Part shown: positions 8,150 to 17,367 of the stretch, piece after piece | How positions within the stretch are numbered: the stretch's first letter is position 1 | How the letters are laid out: the number at the start of each line of letters is the position of its first letter | The notes under the pieces: generated by a model | The model's database searches: none | Seen by the model: only the letters and a program-made list of their open reading frames with translations | What the model was told of the DNA's origin: nothing | Program-made: the position numbers and the translations under genes | Origin: Candidatus Bathyarchaeota archaeon | GTDB taxonomy: Archaea; Thermoproteota; Bathyarchaeia; Bathyarchaeales; Bathyarchaeaceae | Length of the DNA stretch: 37,414 bases | Direction: 5' to 3' | NCBI GenBank assembly: GCA_965602795.1 | Contig: CBFCZR010000002.1 | Coordinates: 1 to 37,414 of the forward strand

Positions 8150-8764
8150 ATGAACCAAAAAATAAACATGAAAAAGATCGAAAGGAAAGCATACACCACT
8201 TATCACCAAGACGGGGTGATAGACATTGCAGTAGCAGTCGTAGTAATTTTATTCGGCATAATTATGCTCGGAGACATGCCTTGGCTAGGCGGAATAGGCG
8301 GCGTTGCAGGAATCCTAGCAGTTTCACTTTACGCAGGTTTCAAGAAAGTCGTTACAGTCCCCAGACTCGGCTACGTCAAATTTCCGCAACAAAGAGCCCA
8401 AAGAATGACGACAATAGCCGTTGCTTTAGGCACTCTATCCGCGCTCATGGGGTTGGTTGCGTTTTTACAAACTACATCTCAAGGTACACCCGATTGGCTA
8501 ATGCTCCTGATTGACAATTATATGCTCACCATCGGAACTGCTATGGCAGGTCTGTTCCTACTAGGAGGATACGCTTTCAAAACAAACCGCATATACGCAT
8601 ATGCTCTGCTGACCTTTGTCATGTTCACTATAGGATACTTCCTTAGCTTCCCGCTATACTACTACCTGTTCGCCTTAGGAACCATAATACTAGCAATTGG
8701 CATAGTATTGATGATCCGTTTCGTACAAAAATATCCCAAAGCAACTGAAACAGCGGATGCATAA
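8150..8764 (+). CDS. Polytopic membrane protein (about 5-6 TM), unknown function
   Basis: Successive hydrophobic helices (IAVAVVVILFGIIML, GGVAGILAVSLYAGF, IAVALGTLSALMGLVAFL, LTIGTAMAGLFLLGGYAF, YALLTFVMFTIGYFL, LGTIILAIGIVLMI). AGGAG lies 7 nt upstream. Only 3 nt separate it from the downstream regulator gene. Confidence 0.6.
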   Translation: MNQKINMKKIERKAYTTYHQDGVIDIAVAVVVILFGIIMLGDMPWLGGIGGVAGILAVSLYAGFKKVVTVPRLGYVKFPQQRAQRMTTIAVALGTLSALMGLVAFLQTTSQGTPDWLMLLIDNYMLTIGTAMAGLFLLGGYAFKTNRIYAYALLTFVMFTIGYFLSFPLYYYLFALGTIILAIGIVLMIRFVQKYPKATETADA

Positions 8765-8767
8765 ACA

Positions 8768-9097
8768 ATGAGCCCCAGCAAAACAAGCGACGACGAACTG
8801 AACGCGATTCAGAACATAGACAAGATAATACATGAACCTGCAAGGCTGCTGCTGATGGCCCACCTCTTCGTCGTCGAAAGCGCAGACTACCTTTTCCTGC
8901 AGCGCCAAACCGGGCTAACATGGGGCAACATCTCATCACACCTGCGCAAACTGGAAAACGCAGGTTACGTTGCGGTTGAGAAGGAATTCATAGACAAGAA
9001 GCCGCACACCACCCTGAAACTCACAGAAGAGGGGCGAAGAGCCTTCCAGAAATACAGAAAAAACATGAAACAGGTATTCGAGGACCTTCCAGAATAG
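8768..9097 (+). CDS. Winged-helix transcriptional regulator (HTH_34 / ArsR-MarR-like)
   Basis: IHEPARLLLMAHLFVVESADYLFLQRQTGLTWGNISSHLRKLENAGYVAVEKEF...HTTLKLTEEGRRAF matches the IHEPxRLxIM...GNLSxHLxKLExAGYV pattern of this small wHTH family. That family is commonly paired with a membrane protein. Confidence 0.75.
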   Translation: MSPSKTSDDELNAIQNIDKIIHEPARLLLMAHLFVVESADYLFLQRQTGLTWGNISSHLRKLENAGYVAVEKEFIDKKPHTTLKLTEEGRRAFQKYRKNMKQVFEDLPE

Positions 9098-9110
9098 CCC
9101 TTCTTTTCTG

Positions 9111-9782
9111 TTATATTCGGGTCAGTAATTCGTTTAGGCTCGCAATCTTGTCATATCTGCCTTGAATCTTGCCTTCCCGGTCTATGAGCACAGGTTTAAT
9201 TCCAACATTCAATGCGCCCGCATAATCGTGCACAACAGAATCGCCGACGAAAAGAGCCTCACCCGCTTTTACTCCAAGTTCGTTTAGAGCGTAGAGAAAG
9301 ATTTCTTTGTCTGGCTTGGCGCAGTTGCAGGAGTCAATGCACACCACCGCATCAAACCATTTCTCCAGCCCAAACTTCCCCAGAATGTGGTCAAGGTCCT
9401 TTTTGAAGCCGTTAGAGACAAGCCCCAGCTTCAAGCTCTTAGCCCTTAACTGGGACAGCGTATGCTCCACATCCGGGTAAACCTGTACTTGAGAGCATTC
9501 CCACCAAAGCTCGTCAATCTGTGCAGCCAAAAAAAGCCGTTTTTCTTCTATGCCCAGCTTCTTGAGCACCAAAGCATTATAGCTTATCCAGAAATTTTTT
9601 CTCCGGTCCTCATCATATGTTGAAGTGTCGGTTTCGCTTTCGGTTGCTTCCTGAGCCCGAGCAATATCGTCAAGTGCCATTATAACCCCAAAACGGGCAA
9701 GGATTCTTCTGTAGATTTCAGGAAAAGACGCAGTGTGTATGAGGGTGAGACCCAAGTCAAAGAGAACAGCCTTCAAAGGCAT
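9111..9782 (-). CDS. HAD-superfamily hydrolase (subfamily IA-like)
   Basis: Motif I AVLFDLGLTLI, motif II LVSNG, conserved Lys (AKPDKEIF), motif IV FVGDSVVHD. Helical cap between motifs I and II. Confidence 0.75.
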   Translation of the reverse strand: MPLKAVLFDLGLTLIHTASFPEIYRRILARFGVIMALDDIARAQEATESETDTSTYDEDRRKNFWISYNALVLKKLGIEEKRLFLAAQIDELWWECSQVQVYPDVEHTLSQLRAKSLKLGLVSNGFKKDLDHILGKFGLEKWFDAVVCIDSCNCAKPDKEIFLYALNELGVKAGEALFVGDSVVHDYAGALNVGIKPVLIDREGKIQGRYDKIASLNELLTRI

Positions 9783-9889
9783 TTTTTATCACAAACTCCA
9801 ATATTGGGGAATACAAAAATCCTTTTTGGTCGGGCATTAGGAAAGCAAATCGAATGCAAAGAAAATTGGAAGGGGGAAGGGTGTGGCGT

Positions 9890-10429
9890 TTATGCTTTGT
9901 TTGCGTCATATTGTTCGGTGGCGTGCTTGACGATTTCCTGTGCGGCTTCTGTGTTTTGCCATTCCTTTATTCGCACCCACTTGTGAGGCTCTAACCGCTT
10001 GTATGTTTCAAAGAATTCCTGTATCTCTCTGAGTTTGTGCTCATGAATATCCTCGATGTCTTTGATTCCCTCGAATCGTGCATCATCAGCAAGAACTGAC
10101 AAAATTTTTGGGTCTGGCCCTTTCTCATCCTCAATTATTAACGCGCCTATAACTCGAACTCGGACTATGCATCCTACCTCTAAAGGTTCATAGCTCCACA
10201 CCATAATGTCAAGCGGGTCGTTATCGTCGTACCATGTTTGAGGCACAAAACCGTACTCAACCGGGAAAACAACAGAAGACGGAATCATCCGATCCAAAAC
10301 AAAGGCTTCCCAATCCGACTTATACTCATATTTGTCTCTTGAACCACTCACAACCTCGATAACAGCATTCAACAATTTTGGCGGCTTCTCCCCCACGGGG
10401 ATGTCTTTCCAATAATTCAAAGCTATCAA
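9890..10429 (-). CDS. ppa: Inorganic pyrophosphatase, family I
   Basis: VIEVVSGSRDKYEY, DPLDIMV, the expected ~179 aa length, and the acidic metal-binding pattern of soluble PPases. Confidence 0.9.
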   Translation of the reverse strand: MIALNYWKDIPVGEKPPKLLNAVIEVVSGSRDKYEYKSDWEAFVLDRMIPSSVVFPVEYGFVPQTWYDDNDPLDIMVWSYEPLEVGCIVRVRVIGALIIEDEKGPDPKILSVLADDARFEGIKDIEDIHEHKLREIQEFFETYKRLEPHKWVRIKEWQNTEAAQEIVKHATEQYDANKA

Positions 10430-10742
10430 CTCGTTAACTGCAAAGATTTAACATTTCTTAAAGAAATAATGATACACGTGACTAAAAAACCGTTACGTTT
10501 CTACCGTCAAAACGTTACAGCGTGTTACGTTTCTTTTAATGGGTAGCAAAAGCTTTTAAGAACAAAAAAAGAAACAGTAGCTGTATTGAGTTGGGGGACA
10601 GCCTTGGCAACTAGTGGTTATTGCAAGGCAACACACAGGGGAGAAGAAGCACATTTAACGCTGATAGTGTAGACTAGCATTTTCTGAGAAATCAGCTGTT
10701 TAAGGCAACCACAACCCAATAAGAAAATGGAAAGATGAAAAT

Positions 10743-13301
10743 ATGAAAAAAGCATATTGTAAAACAAAACGTTCTACTATCTCTTTAATTCTGGTTTTAG
10801 CTATATCCGCTACATTAGTTACTTTGCCAATTGCTACTGCACAGGCTCAAACAAAGGCCACTGTTTGTTATCTTGGTGTTAGACCTAACCCCGTAGGAGT
10901 CAACCAAGATGTGTTGCTCCACGTTGGGATTACAGACCCTCTGACAAGCGTAGAGATGGGCTTTGAAGATTTAACAGTAACAGTCATAGACCCTGATGGA
11001 GTCGAAAGCACTTTAGGACCAATCAGAACCGATTCAACAGGCGGAACAGGATGGCTGTTCACACCAAACAAAGTCGGCAACTACACCCTGACGGCTCACT
11101 TTCCGACACAAACACTAACACTCACTCCCGTATTTGGGGGAGATCCTTACGACCTAACTTATTTAGCCAGCGACAGCCCACCAGTCGAACTTCAAGTACT
11201 ACCTGAGGATATACCATTCTATCCAGATGAACCGCTTCCAAGCAACTACTGGACTCGACCAATAGACGCACAGCTTAGATCTTGGTCAAGGATCTCAGGA
11301 AGTTGGCCGACCATTCCTAGAAATCTGTACGCTCCCTACAATGAAGATGCGCCAGAGACTGCCCACGTACTGTGGACAAAGCCGCTAACGTCAGGAGGTC
11401 TCGTCGGAGGCAATTTGGGCGATCGTTCATTCGAAATCGGAGACGCATACGAAGGCAAATGGGAGAGCGCATCCGGTGTCTATGCTTGGCATTCAACTGC
11501 CATAATCCTCGCCGGAAATCTCTATTACCAAGAGAGCACCAACGAAAACCCCATTGTATATCACTGTGTAGACCTGCATACCGGAGAAGAGCTGTGGTCT
11601 AAAGTCTTCCTAGACAACCGAACAATAGACTTCGGTCAACTAATGTACTGGGACGGATTCAACATGCACGGCTGCTTCGCGTACCTGTGGGTAGCCAGTG
11701 GTAGCGACTACTATGTCTTCGATGCCTACAGTGGAGAATGGGTGTTCACCGTTGAGAATGTACCTTCAGGCACAATGATGTTTGATGAACTCAATCACCT
11801 ATACGTACTATCTATTAACGCAACTGCAGGCCAGCTCCATGTGTGGAACATGACTGCTCTCGGTCTCACTACACCCAGTTTCTTTGGTTCAGGCAGCTGG
11901 GGACTCAATGCACATATGCAAACATTTAACGGAACAAATCCTGCAGCATGGACTGTGAACGCGACTATTCCAACAAATCTACTTGGAGGCGTTATAGCCG
12001 CTGAATATGGCGACCGAGTAGTCGGCGGAACCGTATCTATGGATGAGGTTACCTTGTGGGGCTTAAACCTAAACTCTACCGCGGGCGCCATAGGAACGAA
12101 ACTATTCGAGAACACTTGGCAAGCACCAGATTACTGGGCAGACCTGAACCTAACAGTATCCGACATGTTCGGCGACAACTGGGTAGGTGTCAGCTTCGAA
12201 GACAAAGTTGCTGTTCTATGGGCAAAAGAAACTAGAGAACATTTCGGCTTCAGCATCGAAACAGGAGATAACATATGGGGTCCAACCCCGAGGCAGCACT
12301 ACTTGGACGCATTGGATGACACATACCACGAATCTAAAGCCATCGCTTACGGCAAACTCTACTCAGCGAGCGTGGGAGGAATAGTCTACTGTTACGACGT
12401 TACAACCGGAGACCACTTGTGGACGTACGAAGTGGAAGACCCCTACTCTGAATTCATGTTCTCAAATAACTGGTGGATTAAACCAACATTCGTTACTGAC
12501 GGAAAAATCTACATGGGACAACTTGAGCACTCTCCTATTGACCCCAGACCGCGCGGTGGACCATTCGTTTGCCTCAACGCTACGGACGGATCGGTAATAT
12601 GGAGAGCCAACGGTATGTTCCGTCAAACCCGCTGGGGTGGACGGGCAATCATCGGCGACAGCATCATAGCGACCATGGACACATACGACCAGCGCGTATA
12701 CGCTATAGGTAAAGGAGCAAGCACCACAACAATTTCAATCCAAAACGACGTTATCCCAATCGGAAACAGCATAATGATAAAGGGCACAGTGATGGATGTT
12801 TCTCCAGGCACAAAAGACATCAATCTGCAACTAAGGTTCCCCGAAGGGATTCCAGCCATATCTGACGAGGACATGAGCGACTGGATGCTATACGTATACA
12901 AGCAATTCGAAATGCCAGAAGACGCAACAGGCGTAGAAGTGGTGTTTAACTGGATTGATGAAGACGGTGAGTGGCATGACTTGGACAGAACAACAACCGA
13001 CATGAACGGCCAATTCAGCTACCTGTGGACACCACCAACTGAAGGCACATACACAATCGTCGCCACTTTCATTGGCTCCGAAGGCTACTATGGCTCATCT
13101 GCGCAAACCGCCGTAGCAGTGGGTTCAGCAGCAGAAACCGATGTAGGGGCTCTGGAAAGTGCTGTCAGTGAGCTTGAAGATTCTGTTGAGAGCTTAGAAT
13201 CTAGTGTATCCAATTTGACGACATACATTCTTGTAATACTAGTGCTTGTCGTCATAGCGCTGGCACTCGCCATTTACTCGCTGCTGAAGTCTAACAAATA
13301 G
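10743..13301 (+). CDS. Large surface protein: signal peptide, Ig-like module, PQQ-like beta-propeller repeats, coiled-coil stalk and C-terminal TM anchor
   Basis: Signal ISLILVLAISATLVTLPIATAQA. PQQ/BamB-like repeats (e.g. GKLYSASVGGIVYCYDVTTGDHLWTYEV; ATDGSVIWRANG). Many N-x-S/T sequons. Heptad stalk ALESAVSELEDSVESLESSVSNL, then TM YILVILVLVVIALALAIYSLL plus KSNK. Confidence 0.65.
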   Translation: MKKAYCKTKRSTISLILVLAISATLVTLPIATAQAQTKATVCYLGVRPNPVGVNQDVLLHVGITDPLTSVEMGFEDLTVTVIDPDGVESTLGPIRTDSTGGTGWLFTPNKVGNYTLTAHFPTQTLTLTPVFGGDPYDLTYLASDSPPVELQVLPEDIPFYPDEPLPSNYWTRPIDAQLRSWSRISGSWPTIPRNLYAPYNEDAPETAHVLWTKPLTSGGLVGGNLGDRSFEIGDAYEGKWESASGVYAWHSTAIILAGNLYYQESTNENPIVYHCVDLHTGEELWSKVFLDNRTIDFGQLMYWDGFNMHGCFAYLWVASGSDYYVFDAYSGEWVFTVENVPSGTMMFDELNHLYVLSINATAGQLHVWNMTALGLTTPSFFGSGSWGLNAHMQTFNGTNPAAWTVNATIPTNLLGGVIAAEYGDRVVGGTVSMDEVTLWGLNLNSTAGAIGTKLFENTWQAPDYWADLNLTVSDMFGDNWVGVSFEDKVAVLWAKETREHFGFSIETGDNIWGPTPRQHYLDALDDTYHESKAIAYGKLYSASVGGIVYCYDVTTGDHLWTYEVEDPYSEFMFSNNWWIKPTFVTDGKIYMGQLEHSPIDPRPRGGPFVCLNATDGSVIWRANGMFRQTRWGGRAIIGDSIIATMDTYDQRVYAIGKGASTTTISIQNDVIPIGNSIMIKGTVMDVSPGTKDINLQLRFPEGIPAISDEDMSDWMLYVYKQFEMPEDATGVEVVFNWIDEDGEWHDLDRTTTDMNGQFSYLWTPPTEGTYTIVATFIGSEGYYGSSAQTAVAVGSAAETDVGALESAVSELEDSVESLESSVSNLTTYILVILVLVVIALALAIYSLLKSNK

Positions 13302-13325
13302 AAACCGCAAAATAAACCAAATTTT

Positions 13326-13340
13326 CCCTCCCTTTTTTTG
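13326..13340 (+). terminator. Oligo-T terminator candidate after the surface-protein gene
   Basis: CCCTCCCTTTTTTTG (T7 run) lies about 25 nt after the stop at 13301. Confidence 0.4.
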
Positions 13341-13843
13341 TGGAGTACAACAGTGAAAGAAAATGGAGGCTGAAAAGGCTAAAACATGAAATGAAACTGA
13401 CCTAGCAGTCGCAAAGGTTTGTTCATTGGTTCTTTCATTCCCATCTTAACCCCGTGTAGTAGCCTCAGCAAACCATAGTTCCATTATTCGTTCATTTTTC
13501 GTCTAGACATAACCTCATTCTCGTGCTCTCCCCTAGCTGTCTTCTTGTCACTTTTACCTCAAAAATTGTGGTGTAATTGTAGGAATCACTCAGGCAGCAT
13601 ACACATTCAAATGCTCTGCTGTCAAAAATCGATTTCCTCACATCAATACATGTCCGAGTTCCATGCTTCCTCGATAGGAGATTACTGTTTTTCTGCTAAT
13701 TACTCGGAAAGCAACAAAACCTAAATAACAATTATTGATTAAAATAAAATCGATTTCGTCTCGTTGCGGGATGGGAGGTTCAAATCGTGACAGTTACAAA
13801 GCACACTCAAAGAGACAGATTTCAAGTCTATGTGAACTAAAAC

Positions 13844-15487
13844 ATGGTGGGAAACTTGGTTAAGAGAATTAGAAAGCTTATTCTTCCTTTCGCGGTTGCT
13901 GGCAAAGACAGGTTTAAGCCCTTCACCCAGGAGATGGAGATGGCAGCCATCTTCTACTTCGCAGAAAGAGACAGAAAGAAGGGCGAAGGGCGCGTATTGA
14001 AGAAACCGGGGGAAGAACTGGCTTTCATAGCTGAAACCTGTTATCCCATATGGCTGATTCCATGGAAGAGGGGAAAAACCCTAATCTTCGATGGCCTAGA
14101 ATTCACGAATCCGTCAATATCTTACGACGTACTTCCTGACGTGAAAGCCTTCGAAAACGACATCCAAGCAAGCTCCAAGTCACGTGAAGCCTATTTTGCA
14201 GCCCTATCACAGAACGCCAGCTACTTCCAGAACTTCGCCGGAAAAGAGGGAAAAACCATAGAAGGCCTTATCACAAACCCAAATTTCACGCAAGATTTAA
14301 TTGATTATCTCCAAGACGAAGAGTCAACCAAAAGAGATGCAACAACAAAAGCAATTTTATCTCCGCTCTTAGACGAGTCTGAGGTTTCAGCGTCTATTAG
14401 CAAGCTTTCTGAATTAAGAAACACATTGGAAAAGGAAATAAAAACTCTGAGCAGAACCATGAAGTTCCTCAGTAAAGAGACAAAAAAACAGGTGAAAGCC
14501 CTCCGCGCTGAAATGAAGGAGACCCTAAAAGAGTTTGATCAACGAATTAAGAAGCTCAAACCCAAAGTAATGAATAAAATAAAGAAAATCCAAGAGCGCC
14601 GCGATGCAGAGGTCACCAGAATCTCCAAGAAATATGATCGGGAACTCCGGACACTTCACCAAAAAAAGGTTAGAACCGAAAAAACACTTGAACGTCTGTC
14701 AACCGACATCGAGCGCATCGAAGCTGACATAAAAGGTTGCAGAGAAAACAAAGATGAGGCTGGCGAGTTTCAGTTGGCGAAGCAGCTTGATGAAATTAAG
14801 AAGAAGCTTCCATCTTTGGATAAGGAAATCAAGGATATTGACAAGGAGATAGATGATGTTGAGGATGCAAAGAAAATCAAAGTGGCTAGGGCAAGAACAA
14901 AACCGGATGATCGTATTGAAGAGGCAATGAAGTCTCTGCGGGACATAGAAGCTGCAAAGGAGGCTAGAACCAGACTCGAACAGCAGGAGTTAGCAGATTT
15001 GGAGGAGAAGACCTCTTTTATAATAAAGCAGATTGATGAGATGATTAAAGAAAAAGAGGCAGCCCTAGACGAGATTGACAGTATTGGCGCCAAAGAAAGA
15101 AGAAGAAAAAACGCGCTAGTTTACCTCCCAGTCTATCTCATTTGTTATGAAACAGAGGTTGGGAAAAGATATGTTGTCTACCCTCCATCGTATGTGGGCA
15201 GTATGGGAATCAAAACAAGATTGAAGGGTGTCTTCGGCGCAGGTAAAATGAAATCGTTTCTGCAATCCCGCTCACCAGCTATCGCAACCCTTGTTGACAG
15301 ACTTGTGGATTTAACTCAAGAGAATCCTGTGTTTGAGACGGAGATAATAGAGGCGGGAAGCAAAGCTAACATCTTACGAACAAAAGAGTTACAGGCAGAA
15401 GTCAAAAAGGGATTAACAGAGTTAAAAGATGAGGGCTGGATATCAGAAAACGAACTGGAACTACTCAACAAGGAACTCATAGAATAA
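13844..15487 (+). CDS. Long coiled-coil protein of unknown function (globular N- and C-terminal parts joined by a ~250-aa K/E-rich coiled coil)
   Basis: 547-aa ORF with coding-like composition. Residues ~175-420 show K/E/R/D heptad-like sequence (EKEIKTLSRTMKFLSKETKKQVKALRAEMKETLKEF...). Hydrophobic beta-like segments flank it (AFIAETCYPIWLIPWKRGKTLIFDGL; ALVYLPVYLICYETEVGKRYVVYPPSYVG). I recognise no family. Confidence 0.6.
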   Translation: MVGNLVKRIRKLILPFAVAGKDRFKPFTQEMEMAAIFYFAERDRKKGEGRVLKKPGEELAFIAETCYPIWLIPWKRGKTLIFDGLEFTNPSISYDVLPDVKAFENDIQASSKSREAYFAALSQNASYFQNFAGKEGKTIEGLITNPNFTQDLIDYLQDEESTKRDATTKAILSPLLDESEVSASISKLSELRNTLEKEIKTLSRTMKFLSKETKKQVKALRAEMKETLKEFDQRIKKLKPKVMNKIKKIQERRDAEVTRISKKYDRELRTLHQKKVRTEKTLERLSTDIERIEADIKGCRENKDEAGEFQLAKQLDEIKKKLPSLDKEIKDIDKEIDDVEDAKKIKVARARTKPDDRIEEAMKSLRDIEAAKEARTRLEQQELADLEEKTSFIIKQIDEMIKEKEAALDEIDSIGAKERRRKNALVYLPVYLICYETEVGKRYVVYPPSYVGSMGIKTRLKGVFGAGKMKSFLQSRSPAIATLVDRLVDLTQENPVFETEIIEAGSKANILRTKELQAEVKKGLTELKDEGWISENELELLNKELIE

Positions 15488-15513
15488 ACCCACAAAAACA
15501 AAACTTTTGCATT

Positions 15514-17229
15514 TTAAGCTTTATTTTCGGTCTGTTCGCTTCCCATTTTTTGGCAGATGCTAGAAATAGCGAGGAGGACATGTGGTGGCGTGAATACGCT
15601 GAAAACTTTGGTGTACCGCGCTGACGCAGCCTTTTTCACGTTTTCCTTTTTTCCTCCTGCCTCCAGATATCCTTCAATGAAGTTTCGGGTTATGATGCCT
15701 ACAGCGTTGGTGGAAGACATGGGCGGACTGTAATGTCCCGAATAGTAAAGAAATTCGGCGATGTCCCAAGCTTGGTTTCCATTTCTTGCTGCCTGCTCAA
15801 GGTCCAGTAGAACAATCTCATCTTTTGAAACAATGAAGTTCTCGGGTTTGCAGTCGCCCAGGCTGACACCCAAACTATGCGCCTCCGCTATCCTTCGCCC
15901 CGCCTCCTTAACCAAGGCAACATCTTCCGCAGTTTTGTTAGCTGAGAATATCCGCTTTATCGTTTCTGCCAGTTTTTCTCCCTCAATGAACTCCTCGAAT
16001 ATCAAGCGTTTTTGGGGGCTGATATAGAAGATTTTGGGAACCGCAAAGCCTTTGCTGTGCAGAAACTTGTTTATGGCGTATTCTTTCTCCAGTCTGGACT
16101 GCCCCAGCACAGAGAAGGATGTGGTTCCGAAAGACCACAAGGTTAGAGACAACCATTTGAGATTTGACCAATCTCTGAATCGTTTGACAACAAAATTTTG
16201 TTCTTCGCCATTCTTTGTTAAAGTGAGAAAGTAGACGTCATTCAAAACGCCCCCAATATTCTTAAGCCGTATCTTCGACAACTCACCGTCTGGAATAATC
16301 TTCCTAGCCACATCTTCGATGTCCGATTTGTCTGAAAGGGAAACAGGTCCCAGAGGCGTGGGGAGCAAAACATGTTTTTTGGGGTCTTCCAGTCTGGCGA
16401 CCAAGCCTTCAGCGTTAACCTTTCGGTGGTTGTCCATGAAGATTCTTTGGTCCTGAATAAGGGAACTGACAGTTTTTGAGTAGACGCTGAGAATGTGTGG
16501 AAGTGCTATTCGCTGAATGGATTTGAGAAAGAGAGGCAGCCTCGATTTCCGTCTCTTGACAGAGGCAATATGGCTTTGCGTGATTTTGATGTAGCCGTTT
16601 GAGTGGAAAACTGTTTTTTCTTTCACCAGTTCGTTGAGGGCTTCCAAGTATCCGTCCATAATGGCTTCCATATTTTTTCTTCTGATATTTCTCCGGGACA
16701 TGTTGAGAAAACTGTAGGTTAGGGAGGGAAACATTTTAGCCCTTCTCATAATAATTTCGTACATGAAGTATTCCTTTTTTATCAGAAACTCGTGAGATGA
16801 CTCTGGAAATTCTAAGATTAGGTTTTCGAGAAGCTCCAATATTGTTCTCTTTTTTGTTTTCACCTCGTTAAGCCGCAGATATTCTCCATTCTTTAAGGGC
16901 TCGTAGGGTCCAGTGACCTTTTCAGAGAAGAACTCTCCTAGCAATCCGCTTTTCACGTCTCTTTCAAAGTCCAACCTGTTAACTGTCAAAATGGAGACGT
17001 TAACTCCATCCACAGTCTCGGAATAGGTGTTTACCCGTAAAGTGAAGCTTTCAAGAACCAGCAAAACGTTTAGGTCAGTCTTTTCGTCGGCGTATCCGCA
17101 GACCCATGGACCGTAAAGGCAAGCGGCGGCGATTTGGCGAGAGTCAGCAATATCCCTGCATAGCTCCAGCACACGCTCTTTCAGTTTTTCGTTCAGCTGA
17201 ATTTTCATTGGCGCTCTTTCCGTAGCCAC
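15514..17229 (-). CDS. Fusion protein: N-terminal nucleotidyltransferase-like (Pol-beta/MNT fold) domain, helical middle region, C-terminal RIO/Bud32/Kdo-like protein kinase domain
   Basis: N-terminus ACLYGPWVCGYADEKTDLNVLLVLE resembles the hG[GS]x9-13DhDh NTase motif, but reads GP...DLN. C-terminal kinase signatures: NFVVKRF (Lys), EKEYAINKFL (helix C Glu), LIFEEFIEGEKL (hinge), SLGDCKPENFIV (catalytic loop), VLLDLEQA (DFG-equivalent). Confidence 0.7.
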   Translation of the reverse strand: MATERAPMKIQLNEKLKERVLELCRDIADSRQIAAACLYGPWVCGYADEKTDLNVLLVLESFTLRVNTYSETVDGVNVSILTVNRLDFERDVKSGLLGEFFSEKVTGPYEPLKNGEYLRLNEVKTKKRTILELLENLILEFPESSHEFLIKKEYFMYEIIMRRAKMFPSLTYSFLNMSRRNIRRKNMEAIMDGYLEALNELVKEKTVFHSNGYIKITQSHIASVKRRKSRLPLFLKSIQRIALPHILSVYSKTVSSLIQDQRIFMDNHRKVNAEGLVARLEDPKKHVLLPTPLGPVSLSDKSDIEDVARKIIPDGELSKIRLKNIGGVLNDVYFLTLTKNGEEQNFVVKRFRDWSNLKWLSLTLWSFGTTSFSVLGQSRLEKEYAINKFLHSKGFAVPKIFYISPQKRLIFEEFIEGEKLAETIKRIFSANKTAEDVALVKEAGRRIAEAHSLGVSLGDCKPENFIVSKDEIVLLDLEQAARNGNQAWDIAEFLYYSGHYSPPMSSTNAVGIITRNFIEGYLEAGGKKENVKKAASARYTKVFSVFTPPHVLLAISSICQKMGSEQTENKA

Positions 17230-17367
17230 TAGCCTCAGGAAAACTGTTTGAAGCGCCCAACTTTAAACATGTTTCGTTTTTTAACAAAAATTATGCCTTG
17301 TGTCGCTGCCTTTTCATGGATTACAAAAATGATGGTCTTGAAGCGAGAGGCAGAAAAATACTCTGCT

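Noticed and set aside
13765-13795. tRNA-like T-arm sequence GGGAGGTTCAAATCGTGAC.
   Set aside because: The 3' side (CGTGA) does not pair with GGAGG, and no acceptor, D or anticodon arms can be built around it.
14770-15093. 107-aa S/I/A-rich minus-strand ORF inside the coiled-coil gene. Similar antisense ORFs occur at 15316-15501, 20197-20601, 12623-13003, 11795-12115, 4947-5243 and 4895-5173.
   Set aside because: All are antisense or alternative-frame ORFs within longer ORFs that have coherent domain or motif content. Their low-complexity compositions mirror the sense strand.
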